Positions 1-9,582 of a DNA stretch of 61,491 nt are shown one piece after another. The notes under the pieces were generated by a model that worked only from the letters and a program-made list of their open reading frames with translations, had not been told where the DNA came from and did not search any database. This stretch comes from an uncultured bacterium. Its GTDB lineage: Bacteria; JAJVIF01; JAPKYR01. The stretch covers positions 1 to 61,491 of the forward strand of contig CBDURU010000006.1 of NCBI GenBank assembly GCA_965369865.1, given 5' to 3'. A program made the translations under genes and the position numbers. Every line of letters begins with the position of its first letter. Position 1 is the first letter of the stretch.

Positions 1-86
1 CAGGAGAACTCCGTCTCTCCTTGACTTTACTTACCATGGATGTCCCCGGTGTTGACACTGAATTTCAAATCCGATAATCGCGAAAA

Positions 87-1919
87 TCATTCAACCCCCC
101 CTCCCCCAACCTCCTCGACTTCATAAAGCTCCCTGTACACTCCCGGACGCGACATCAGCTCTTCATGTGTGCCGCGATCGACAACCCTCCCACCCCTTAA
201 AACAATAATCTCACTGGCATTTCGAATTGTCGACAACCGGTGGGCGATTACAAATGTGGTCCGTCCTTCCATCAAAACTTCCAATGCAGACTGGACAATC
301 TTCTCACTTTCGGTATCAAGGTTCGAAGTGGCCTCATCCAGGATAAGAATTTTCGGGTCTTTCAATATCGCGCGGGCGATCGAAATCCTCTGCCTCTGCC
401 CGCCACTCAGCCTGGTTCCGCGTTCTCCCACAACGGTGTCATATTTATTTTCAAGCTGCATGATAAAATCGTGTGCGTTTGCATTTTTTGCCGCCTTAAA
501 TATTTCATCGTCCGACGCGTCCAGCTTTCCATACGAGATATTTTCTCGTACGGTGCCGTGAAACAGGATCGTTTCCTGCGGGACTATCCCAAGCTGTATC
601 CTCAGGCTTTTCTTTTTTAATTTCCGCACATCGATTCCATCAATCAGCACTTCACCTTCATCGACATCGTAGAACCTCGGGATCAGTTTCGCGATTGTCG
701 ATTTTCCCGCACCCGATGGCCCCACAAACGCGATCGCATGGCCCGGATCAGCTTTGACGCTTATATTGCTCAGGACCTCATCGCCGGTTGGGTAGGTAAA
801 ACTGACATTCCGGAACTCAACCCGACCATCGCATTTACCAATTTCAATTGCGTCATCCAAATCCTTGATAGCCGGCTCGATATGGAGGAAAGCGAATATC
901 CTGTCCGCCGCCGCCAGTGTGTCCTGGAATGCCATCCACGTTCTACCGAGCTTGTTTGATTCGGTATATGTCTTATGCAGCAGTAAAATTATCAGAACGA
1001 GATCACCCGAGGAGATCGGATATATCGTGACTAGATTCCACAACACGGTCCCGCTCTCAGGAACGGATGTCTGCCACGAACCCACCAGAATAAGTACCGC
1101 GAGCCCGAGTCCCGCGAACAAATTCAACGTCGGCGCGAGGAAAGCCTCGATTTTCGCGCGATACAGTTCGGCTTTAAAGGCAGCCTTGTTGAATCTCGCG
1201 AATTTGATTATTTCCCAGGCTTCATTCGCGAACGATTTAACGATCTGGATCGCGGAAATCCCTTCCTGCAATTCACCGGACACATCCGCGAGCGACTGCT
1301 GTACCCTCGATGCCGCTTTTCGGCCAAGTTTCGCTGCTGCATGCACTATGAGAACGATGGGCGGGATTACTAGCATCGAGGTCAATGTAAGCTGCCAGCT
1401 TGTATATAACATCAATCCAACCGAAGCCAGAATCAGTACCGGTGATTTCAACAGCCCCGCAAGCTGCTTTCCCGCAAATTCCCTGATCCTGAGCACATCG
1501 GTTGTTACCCAGCTCATGATAGCGCCGGTACGTCGCGATTCGAAAAAATCCAGCCCGAGCCGCTGGAGGTGTCCGAAAATATCCTGCCTGAGCTTCAGGA
1601 TCATCGCCTGCCCGTTAAGGTTCGTAAGGTAGAGTTCTGCTCCCTTCAAAATCCCCTGTGCCAGCATCAGAAGAACTATCACAATGACAATACGCTTTGC
1701 TTCCGGGAAAATTAGATCGACATTCTCCTGTGCGATCACGTTGTCGGTAAAATCCCTGACCATCATGATCAGGAGAATATCCGCTCCGGCGGCCAGGATG
1801 ACGACAATAAACCATATACCAATCCAGAAACTCTGCTGTTTCAGGCGTTCAAAAAGCAGCCGCGGCGTCTTGCTGCGATCGTACTCAAGCTCTTCAGGTT
1901 TTTCAGACAGGTTAGTCAT
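87..1919 (-). CDS. ABC transporter permease/ATP-binding protein (MsbA-like exporter)
   Basis: N-terminal TM helices, Walker A GPSGAGKS, signature LSGGQRQR, Walker B ILILDEAT and H-loop IAHRLST. Confidence 0.9.
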   Translation of the reverse strand: MTNLSEKPEELEYDRSKTPRLLFERLKQQSFWIGIWFIVVILAAGADILLIMMVRDFTDNVIAQENVDLIFPEAKRIVIVIVLLMLAQGILKGAELYLTNLNGQAMILKLRQDIFGHLQRLGLDFFESRRTGAIMSWVTTDVLRIREFAGKQLAGLLKSPVLILASVGLMLYTSWQLTLTSMLVIPPIVLIVHAAAKLGRKAASRVQQSLADVSGELQEGISAIQIVKSFANEAWEIIKFARFNKAAFKAELYRAKIEAFLAPTLNLFAGLGLAVLILVGSWQTSVPESGTVLWNLVTIYPISSGDLVLIILLLHKTYTESNKLGRTWMAFQDTLAAADRIFAFLHIEPAIKDLDDAIEIGKCDGRVEFRNVSFTYPTGDEVLSNISVKADPGHAIAFVGPSGAGKSTIAKLIPRFYDVDEGEVLIDGIDVRKLKKKSLRIQLGIVPQETILFHGTVRENISYGKLDASDDEIFKAAKNANAHDFIMQLENKYDTVVGERGTRLSGGQRQRISIARAILKDPKILILDEATSNLDTESEKIVQSALEVLMEGRTTFVIAHRLSTIRNASEIIVLRGGRVVDRGTHEELMSRPGVYRELYEVEEVGGGGVE

Positions 1920-2044
1920 TTTTTAACAGCTTATTTTAATTCTCCCAGGTTCTCCGTTCTGCATTTTATTTCAACTTTAATATTAGCTTGCCGACTCGGC
2001 TATCTATCACATATTTTTCAGGCTTTTACATTATAAGAACTAAT

Positions 2045-2497
2045 TTAAAGATATGGGAGATAAAACTCTCCATCTTTCACCTGTACGTAAACACCCCACT
2101 CAAAATTTAAATATCTACGGAAACAATCTCTCATTTCATCACCAGCCCACTCAGCTATTATCTCTTGTCCTTCTTCATCTATTTTTACATAATAAAAAAT
2201 AATATTCTCTCTATAATCGTGTGATTCAATAATTGAAGCATAAGGTATAATTTTACCTACAATTTCATCGTGACCACTAAGGTTGCCTGTACATAATTGA
2301 CTATAATCCCTATCACTTGCCCTGTTTTGAGTTTCTATCCAATCAAAATCTTCGATTAGCATATGGCAACCAACCTCAATAGCGTAGTCTTCCATTGCTT
2401 TATCATTAAATAGGGTCTTATTACATGAAAATAAGATGCAGGATATCACCAAAGTGATTACTTTTAATCTGGTAAATTTATCTTTATGATATTTCAT
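2045..2497 (-). CDS. Hypothetical lipoprotein, AT-rich
   Basis: 150-aa ORF with a basic N-terminus, a hydrophobic stretch and a lipobox-like LFSC. Confidence 0.6.
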   Translation of the reverse strand: MKYHKDKFTRLKVITLVISCILFSCNKTLFNDKAMEDYAIEVGCHMLIEDFDWIETQNRASDRDYSQLCTGNLSGHDEIVGKIIPYASIIESHDYRENIIFYYVKIDEEGQEIIAEWAGDEMRDCFRRYLNFEWGVYVQVKDGEFYLPYL

Positions 2498-2620
2498 GTG
2501 TTTTCCAGAACTTCGCTAAAGACAATCTAAATACACTCGATCCGTGAAACTAATCCAATCAAATACACACCCCTTCTTAGCATTACTAAACTGCGCATGG
2601 TGAAAGCATGTTTATTAGTT

Positions 2621-2675
2621 TGTAGGGGCGCTGCTTGCTGCGTCCCTGATGGGCAGAGCAAGCACTGCCCCTACA
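2621..2675. repeat. GTAG-type REP-like palindrome (copy 1)
   Basis: tgtaggggcgctgcttgct...agcaagcactgcccctaca is an inverted repeat; a near-identical copy lies at 27504-27558. Confidence 0.8.
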
Positions 2676-2777
2676 GAAAAATTACGTAACTTCACGCGGC
2701 TTAATAAATTAAGGCTTCCAGATTCTCCATTCTGCATTTTATTTCAACTTTGATATTAGCTTGACATCCCGCTCGCG

Positions 2778-3800
2778 TCACTCCCTCGGATTCCCAGTCA
2801 CCGGCTTCCTCTTTATAAATCCCCTCTCATAAAAATACCACAGCATTTTTTCAAACGACTCCCGTAACGGGGTAAATGTCAGTCCAAGCTCCCGGACAGC
2901 TTTCTCGCTCGTATAAAACGGCGGCAGGGCAGTCATCATGGCGCCGCCGCGTGTCAACACCGGGGCCATTCCGGTCACACGATCCGACATCCATTCCATT
3001 AATCCACCCGCCCACGCCGCCATACCCGGCGACACCTTCACCTTTATTTTCGGTATACCCATTATTTCGGATGTCAGATCAAAAAGTTCCTTCAACATCA
3101 TGTTCTTGTTGGTAATTATATAACTTTCCCCGATCCGGCCCTTTTCATATGCTAAGAGATGCCCTTCACCACAGTCATCGACATCTATCACACTGAATCC
3201 ACCATCGTAATAAACCGGAACCTTGCCATTGATAAAATCGATATACATCTGCCCCGTTGGTGTCGGCTTGATATCCCCCCACCCTACAGGCGCCGATGGA
3301 TGAGTGATAATCACCGGTGCCCCTTCAGCGATTAATTCTCTCGCTGCCTGGCAGGCGAGATGTTTTGATTCCGTATATGGATCGGAAGTGAATCCCAGGT
3401 TCCATGGAACAGTCTCGTCGGATGGTTTACCATCCTGGCGATACCCGATTGCCGCCACCGATGATGTATATACAATTTTTTCGACCCCGGCATCCATTGC
3501 GGCACGAATCAACTCTCTGGTACCCTCTACATTTGTTTTCATAAGAAGGTCGAGGTCCCGGACCCACATCGAATACAGCGCGGCAAGATGAAAAACCGCA
3601 TCGACCCCATCACATGCTTTCCGGAGGCTATCCGGGTCTGTGAGATCGCCCGGCACCCTTTCAAAATCAAGATGCTTAACCTGGTCGATATATTTGTCCG
3701 ACCTCAGCATCAGGCGAAGTTCGATACCTCGACGGGCACAGGCATCCGCCACCGCGCGCCCGATAAACCCTGTCGCTCCGGTTATAAGGACTTTAGTCAT
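2778..3800 (-). CDS. NAD-dependent epimerase/dehydratase (extended SDR, HpnA/dihydroflavonol reductase-like)
   Basis: TGATGFIG Rossmann motif, YxxSK (YTESK) and PTPTG motif. Confidence 0.85.
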   Translation of the reverse strand: MTKVLITGATGFIGRAVADACARRGIELRLMLRSDKYIDQVKHLDFERVPGDLTDPDSLRKACDGVDAVFHLAALYSMWVRDLDLLMKTNVEGTRELIRAAMDAGVEKIVYTSSVAAIGYRQDGKPSDETVPWNLGFTSDPYTESKHLACQAARELIAEGAPVIITHPSAPVGWGDIKPTPTGQMYIDFINGKVPVYYDGGFSVIDVDDCGEGHLLAYEKGRIGESYIITNKNMMLKELFDLTSEIMGIPKIKVKVSPGMAAWAGGLMEWMSDRVTGMAPVLTRGGAMMTALPPFYTSEKAVRELGLTFTPLRESFEKMLWYFYERGFIKRKPVTGNPRE

Positions 3801-3869
3801 ATTTAAAAACCCCCCTGGACTTGATCCAGAGGGAGAATCGTACCATTTTCAGACTGCTTGATACCTCTG

Positions 3870-5150
3870 TCAGATCGCCAGTTCCCGCTCAATTCCAAAT
3901 GGTAATACTAGCTGATTCTCTGTAAATCCCCTGACCACCGGGGATTTTTCAACCCCGGTTTTGCCTTTCACAAGGATGTACTTCAACGCCTTCTGTGGGA
4001 CCCTACCTAGTTTCTTGAAATCATCTATCGACCCAAGCCCACCCGAGTACCTCGACTCCATTATCCGTTTCGCGAAGGTTGGTCCGATTCCCGGAATCCT
4101 CAAAAGCTGGCTTTTCTCGCACCTTGTTATTTCAACCGGGAAAATTTCCGGATGCGCGTTCGCCCAGGATTCCTTTGGATCAATTTCCAGGTCGAGACGG
4201 CCTTCATTATTAAATAAAAATTCATCCGGGCGCCAGCCATACTGGGCAAGTAACCGATCCGCCTGGTACAAACGGTGCGACCTTTTTGGATTTTCGGCTG
4301 TCCGATCCTGAAGCGGAGTTCCCATGACTGGATTAAACGTAGAATAGTAAACCCGTCGGAATTTCAATTCCCTGTACAGATACTCCGTCGCGGTAACCAG
4401 CGCGCGGTCATTCTCACCAGGATCATCGGAACCGCCAACCACGAACTGTGTAACCTGCCCAACACGTTTCGGAATCTTCCCCTTTCGCCTTAGGGTCTCG
4501 ATCCACTGCATCTGCTTCAAAATCGAGTTCTGAATTGTTTTGTTCGGTGCGATATTCTTGAGTGCACTCTCGCTTGGAGCTTCCATGTTGACACTCAGCC
4601 TGTCGGCATATTGTCCTGCAGCCTCGATCAGGTCTATTGATGAGCCTGGCAGAATTTTCAAATGTATATAACCGTCAAACAGGTATTTCTCCCTGATAAT
4701 CCTGGCAGTGTCGACAATTTGAGTCATTGTGCTCCTGATATTTTCACCAATACCCGATGACAGAAATAATCCCTCGACAATCCCGGCATCGACCATTTCG
4801 ATTGTCGTCGACGCCAGCTCATCCGGGGTCAGGGTTTCCCGCTGCCGGTCCGAATCTTTTCTGAACGCGCAATACTTGCAATTAAACTGGCAATGGGATG
4901 TCTGCAGCACTTTCAGTACCGGCATAGGACGGCCGCAGTTGCTTACATAAGAAACTCCCGGCACCCTCCTCATATGTTCCGGGGGAGCTAATTGATTCAT
5001 ATCCGGGCTTGAAAACCCCGACTTCAAACCCCTGGTCAATCCATTTGTACGATACAAATTTCCCGGATGTGTAGCGTCCTCAGCGCAAGTCAGGTCGAAA
5101 ATTGCGCCCTGAGAAAGAAGATCGAGTTTATCCAGGCAATTTAAACCCAT
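3870..5150 (-). CDS. Putative DNA modification/repair radical SAM protein with helix-hairpin-helix (TIGR03916-like)
   Basis: CxxxCxxC (CQFNCKYC), GLFLSSG, YIHLKILPG, RLYQADRL and HhH LLRIPGIG. Start placed at the ATG at 5150; the ORF is open to 5189. Confidence 0.85.
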   Translation of the reverse strand: MGLNCLDKLDLLSQGAIFDLTCAEDATHPGNLYRTNGLTRGLKSGFSSPDMNQLAPPEHMRRVPGVSYVSNCGRPMPVLKVLQTSHCQFNCKYCAFRKDSDRQRETLTPDELASTTIEMVDAGIVEGLFLSSGIGENIRSTMTQIVDTARIIREKYLFDGYIHLKILPGSSIDLIEAAGQYADRLSVNMEAPSESALKNIAPNKTIQNSILKQMQWIETLRRKGKIPKRVGQVTQFVVGGSDDPGENDRALVTATEYLYRELKFRRVYYSTFNPVMGTPLQDRTAENPKRSHRLYQADRLLAQYGWRPDEFLFNNEGRLDLEIDPKESWANAHPEIFPVEITRCEKSQLLRIPGIGPTFAKRIMESRYSGGLGSIDDFKKLGRVPQKALKYILVKGKTGVEKSPVVRGFTENQLVLPFGIERELAI

Positions 5151-5218
5151 CCTATAAATATGTTTAGCATATTGGCTCCCTGCTGTCAATGATATATATA
5201 GAATAACATCCTCCCCAC

Positions 5219-5247
5219 TTGCCCCCGTCCGGCCTCTCGCTTACCAT
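5219..5247 (+). promoter_or_regulatory. Putative sigma70 promoter for the methyltransferase operon
   Basis: ttgccc-N17-taccat, 40 bp upstream of the ATG at 5287. Confidence 0.35.
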
Positions 5248-5286
5248 GTCGATAGAATTCGATAAGGACTTCCGAGCAGCCAGGAT

Positions 5287-5925
5287 ATGGACGCAAGAGA
5301 GAAAAAGGAAATTATCAAACGCTACACCGAACGCTATGAAAAACTCGGCCGTACTGTACAAACACTCGGATCCGGCACCGATGAGCACCAGACCATACGA
5401 TACCGCGTGCTTTCGGAGATCGCCGACCTCGGCGGGCAGCGGGTGCTCGATGTCGGTTGCGGATTCGGTGGATTCCTCGATTACTGCCGTCATTACGGAC
5501 AGCCAATGACATACACTGGAATGGATATCGTACCGGTACTTCTGCATGAGGCCCGAATAAAACATCCCGATGGGAAATTCATTGAGATGGATGTCCTCGA
5601 TGCCCCTGATGACATGGAATTCGATTATGTCGTCTCCAGCCAGGGTTTCAATAACCGTTTCAGGTATTCCGACAACTGGGACGTGATGCGGGAGGTAATC
5701 GCGAAATGCTTCAGACTTGCGAAAAAAGGAGTCGCCATCGACATGATGAGCACATATGTCGATTTCCGGGACGATCACCTCTACTATTTCGATCCCTGTA
5801 AGGTTTTCAATTTCGCGAAAAGCCTCACAAAACGGGTTACTATCCGTCACAATTACCCTTTATTCGAGTTCTGTGTTTACCTGTTTCCGGATTTCGAAGG
5901 CTGGCGCGAAAAGGATAAGAATTGA
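5287..5925 (+). CDS. Class I SAM-dependent methyltransferase
   Basis: Motif I VLDVGCGFG, YTGMD and FDYVVS. Confidence 0.85.
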   Translation: MDAREKKEIIKRYTERYEKLGRTVQTLGSGTDEHQTIRYRVLSEIADLGGQRVLDVGCGFGGFLDYCRHYGQPMTYTGMDIVPVLLHEARIKHPDGKFIEMDVLDAPDDMEFDYVVSSQGFNNRFRYSDNWDVMREVIAKCFRLAKKGVAIDMMSTYVDFRDDHLYYFDPCKVFNFAKSLTKRVTIRHNYPLFEFCVYLFPDFEGWREKDKN

Positions 5926-5949
5926 TCCGGCGGCAAACAAACCAGCAAC

Positions 5950-6882
5950 ATGCATGACTTCCCGATTCTCATAACTGTCGATGTTTGCGACGGCGCGTAC
6001 GATACAACCGAGCGTAAACCCCGGTTTGATGATTTAATGGACTGCCTGCCGGAACTCCATAACCTCCTGAAAAATTTAATTAAAGAATCCACCGCCGAAA
6101 AAATTACACCGGTAACATGGTTTGTACGGGCTGACATGCAGGTCAACGAAGCGACCGGCAGTGTTACGGGTCTCATCGAAGGCTGGCCTGAGTTCTGGAA
6201 TGATGTCCATTCATCCGGGGGTATTCTCGGATGGCATCCGCATCTCTATGAAAAAGATTCCGGAAAATGGCGTCCAATCCGCGACCCCTTGAAACTGAAA
6301 TCGGAAGCTGAAAAAATATGGACGGGGATTTCCCAAAGCGGCTGGAGACCAAAAGTTTGCAGGATGGGTGAATCGGTCGGATCCGACGAACTCATGATAT
6401 TTCTCGATTCGATCGGAATTATCGCGGACTGTTCCGCGTTGCCTGGCAGAAAGCGCGCAGACATCGATCGTGCATTCGACTGGGAAAGCACGCCCCATGA
6501 ACCCTACCATCCTGACCGTAACGATCATAGAAAACCCGGCCCCGATCCCCTTTCCATCCTTGAAATCCCATTCACAATGGCGAACATCAGGGCGCCATAT
6601 GATCCCATGGACAAACCTGATTCTGAGATTCTCCGCTACATTGACCTTTCATATGATCCCGTACGGTTGAAGAAGTCATTTCCAAACTTGATAAAATCCA
6701 CAGGATATTTGGTGGCGGTAATTCATCCTATGCAGGCAGCCGGATTAGAGGTCCCGGATGAAGGGCTGGTTTTCGGTGGCCTGGACGTCGTCCGTGAAAA
6801 TCTTTGGAATATAATCGACGCAGTTGAAACTTCAGGCGTAAAGGTGGTTCTTTCAAACGTTGAAAAATTTATTGGCAGGTAA
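5950..6882 (+). CDS. Polysaccharide deacetylase-like (CE4/NodB fold) protein
   Basis: ITVD, VTWFV, GWHPH, EIPFT and IHP motifs. Confidence 0.6.
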   Translation: MHDFPILITVDVCDGAYDTTERKPRFDDLMDCLPELHNLLKNLIKESTAEKITPVTWFVRADMQVNEATGSVTGLIEGWPEFWNDVHSSGGILGWHPHLYEKDSGKWRPIRDPLKLKSEAEKIWTGISQSGWRPKVCRMGESVGSDELMIFLDSIGIIADCSALPGRKRADIDRAFDWESTPHEPYHPDRNDHRKPGPDPLSILEIPFTMANIRAPYDPMDKPDSEILRYIDLSYDPVRLKKSFPNLIKSTGYLVAVIHPMQAAGLEVPDEGLVFGGLDVVRENLWNIIDAVETSGVKVVLSNVEKFIGR

Positions 6883-6945
6883 CCTAAATTCACTCTTGTC
6901 CAATATAAAATTTCCTCCAATGGTTTGAAGTAAGGATTTTCCCTA

Positions 6946-7030
6946 AGTGCCGTTAGCTTCCAGCTATCGGATAACAAGTGCCGACTGCATCCTGCAGTTG
7001 GGTTTTTTACGTACCGTTAGCTTCCACCGA
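6946..7030. repeat. Cluster of short GTGCCG-headed hairpins (REP-like/terminator)
   Basis: aagtgccgttagcttccagctatcgg, aagtgccgactgcatcctgcagttgg followed by a T-tract, and a partial gtaccgttagcttcca. Confidence 0.5.
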
Positions 7031-7249
7031 AAAACCAGCCAAACGTGCAGACCTTTACCCGTAAAATGTGATCCAGCCGTCCGGATGCATTATCCTATCG
7101 GCTAACCTTGTCCAAAATCAGATTATCTTGGACAGCAGTAACCTGAACTCTATAAAATAATTATCCGTACAAACATTCGCGGTCGGCCATACTCCGTGTA
7201 TAATTACCCAATCCAGATTCGTAGCATCTGTAAGCCCATGGTGACATCT

Positions 7250-8140
7250 ATGGCTCGTCTAAAAGCATTTCGGCTAATCTTATTCTTACTCTCATCCCTG
7301 ATAATTATTCTGGCAACCCAAATCTCTTGCGGAAAAAAAGCCCCAACAACCGGATCCGAATACCAGAGATGGTCCGACACCAACCGTGCGATTGTCGGTA
7401 TCTTCGATGTGGCAATGGAATCATTCTATGGCGCGAACATGCGTATGCCTGCCTCCCTGGATGACCTCGACCGTTCCGGCTGGCTTTGGTTTTATCCGGT
7501 TGCCCCGGATTATGCCCGCGGCTTTGAAATCGTCGACCGTCCGCTCGATCAATGGGAGGACGACAGGGAGAAGGTCCATTTCAGCCTCTCGGGTTCCGGC
7601 TACGATTACTACTATTTCATATGGAAATCGGAGGAGAGCACCGAACATCAGCAGGAATCTATCGGAAGTTCAAACGCTGAATCCCGTTATGATCGGCACC
7701 GGTCATTCGACCCCGACTCAGGGAGATACAACATCCACAATCCCGGCTACCTCCGGCAGCTTCTTGCGTTCAATTTATCGAGACAACTCATGCGACGGTA
7801 CTACACCGAATTCAACAGCTTTCCGTCACGTGCGGAAGAACTTTACAACGCCTGGTTTGAGCCTCGGCCGGATGCCCTTGCGATGCTGCAGAATATCCCC
7901 GAGGGCAATCCTTACACCGTCTACGTTGGATTTAAAAGCGAACCTGACATGGGGATAATGTATTTTGAGGTTGTACGTCCCGACCGGTCTGTTTACATTC
8001 AGCAGAGGGTTTTCAAGATCGATACCATGGGCAACGCTTGGACCGTTATCGAAACCCTGTTACCGGAGGATGACAATATCGAAAAAGAGGACACGATTAT
8101 GTTCATCGATTCCACCCTCCCAAACTGGGGAATCGGGTAA
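7250..8140 (+). CDS. Hypothetical lipoprotein
   Basis: Signal peptide with a lipobox-like ISC; the ORF is open from 7196. Confidence 0.65.
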   Translation: MARLKAFRLILFLLSSLIIILATQISCGKKAPTTGSEYQRWSDTNRAIVGIFDVAMESFYGANMRMPASLDDLDRSGWLWFYPVAPDYARGFEIVDRPLDQWEDDREKVHFSLSGSGYDYYYFIWKSEESTEHQQESIGSSNAESRYDRHRSFDPDSGRYNIHNPGYLRQLLAFNLSRQLMRRYYTEFNSFPSRAEELYNAWFEPRPDALAMLQNIPEGNPYTVYVGFKSEPDMGIMYFEVVRPDRSVYIQQRVFKIDTMGNAWTVIETLLPEDDNIEKEDTIMFIDSTLPNWGIG

Positions 8141-8200
8141 TCACGTTTCCACTTCAGACAACAGGATTTGAGACCCTACAATCAATCTAATCGCAACACT

Positions 8201-8457
8201 AATCGCGTGGCGTCGACACGCTGAGTGAGACATCCCCATCTCGCACGCCTGGAAATTCTTCGGGTCGAACGTGCTTGTCGACGTATATTAATGCAAAATA
8301 TGTCCAATCAGTTTTTTTTAATCTATTTAACACCCCTAAATCGCGTGGCGGCGACACGCTGAGTGAGACATCCCCATCTCGCACGCCTGGAAATTCTTCG
8401 GGTCGAACGTGCTTGTCGACGTATATTAATGCAAAATATGTCCAATCAGTTTTTTTT
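8201..8457. repeat. Two tandem ~119-bp copies (period 138) of a CG(T/G)CGACA...TGTCGACG hairpin repeat family
   Basis: 8201-8319 and 8339-8457 are nearly identical; the same core occurs at 13356-13853 and 21362-21441. Confidence 0.9.
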
Positions 8458-8577
8458 GCGATTATTTTCAGTCAATATAAATCATTGCAGATGTCTTCAA
8501 GGCACAAAGATCGGTTTTTAATCGAATTTAATAAAGGGATACCAGCCAAACACCGGACCCATGAAACGGAGATATAG

Positions 8578-9582
8578 ATGACAGAGCCAGAAAGTAAAAA
8601 AAAGACTAAACGGGTTGTCAGCGGTATGCGTCCAACCGGACCACTGCATATCGGACACCTTCATGGCGTGCTTGAGACCTGGTGTAATATGCAGGACGAT
8701 TACGACTGTTATTTCTTCATTGCCGATTTTCATGCACTCACTACCTGGACCCCCGATTCCAAAGTGAAAGATAACGCGATGGAAGTAGCTCTCGACTGGC
8801 TCGCGTCCGGTCTCGATCCCGAAAGAAGCGTAATCTTCCGCCAGTCCGACATCCCGGAGATCCCCGTATTTCACCTGGCACTGTCGATGTTTTCACCCGT
8901 CGGATGGTTACTGCGAATGCCGACCTACAAGGAGCAGGTCGAGCAGCTCAGGATCGAATCTCCAAATTACGGCTTCCTCGGATATCCCGTCCTTCAATCG
9001 GCGGATGTCCTGATGTACGAAGGCGATCTTGTGCCAATCGGAAAGGACCAGGCCCCGCACCTCAATTTTACTGTCGACCTTGCTGAATCGATGGTTGCCA
9101 AGTTCGGGAATTTGTTCCCGGTGCCCGACTACCTTCATTCAGAATTCGCGGTCGTTCCCGGCTCCGACAATCGAAAAATGTCGAAATCCTACGGGAACGT
9201 GATCAACATCAAGGACACCGAGAAACAGACCTTGAAAATCATCAAGTCGTTTTACACGGACCCATTGAAACCATACATGGGCGACCCGGGACATCCGGAT
9301 GCTTGTCCGGTATTTTACCTCAACAAGATTTATATCAAGGACCCCGACGAACTCCGGAAAATCCGCGAGACATGCGAATCGGGTGAACGCGGATGCGGGC
9401 AGTGCAAGATTGAGCTCGCTGAAGCATGCAACAATAACCTTCGACCCGTACGCCGGAAACGCGAGGAGCTGGCACAAAATCCAAAAGAGGTTGAGAAAAT
9501 CCTCAGTGACGGTGCGAGTAAAGCCCGAAAAATAGCGGGGAAGGTTCTTAAAAAAACCCTTAAAGCAGTCGGAGTCCGGTGA
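8578..9582 (+). CDS. trpS: Tryptophan--tRNA ligase
   Basis: SGMRPTG, HIGH, GYPVLQSAD, KMSKS and a C-x22-C-x6-C-x2-C motif. Confidence 0.97.
   Translation: MTEPESKKKTKRVVSGMRPTGPLHIGHLHGVLETWCNMQDDYDCYFFIADFHALTTWTPDSKVKDNAMEVALDWLASGLDPERSVIFRQSDIPEIPVFHLALSMFSPVGWLLRMPTYKEQVEQLRIESPNYGFLGYPVLQSADVLMYEGDLVPIGKDQAPHLNFTVDLAESMVAKFGNLFPVPDYLHSEFAVVPGSDNRKMSKSYGNVINIKDTEKQTLKIIKSFYTDPLKPYMGDPGHPDACPVFYLNKIYIKDPDELRKIRETCESGERGCGQCKIELAEACNNNLRPVRRKREELAQNPKEVEKILSDGASKARKIAGKVLKKTLKAVGVR

Larger units (their letters stand above)
1945..2763. repeat. 46-bp direct repeat (1945-1990 and 2718-2763) flanking an AT-rich insert
   Basis: ccaggttctccgttctgcattttatttcaactttaatattagcttg versus ccagattctccattctgcattttatttcaactttgatattagcttg, with 3 mismatches. 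Confidence 0.85.

Noticed and set aside
8211..8283. Hammerhead ribozyme (CUGAGUGA...GAAC resembles CUGANGA...GAAA)
   Set aside because: The core has an extra nucleotide, GAAC instead of GAAA, and no stem III or cleavage triplet. Some copies read CUCAG.
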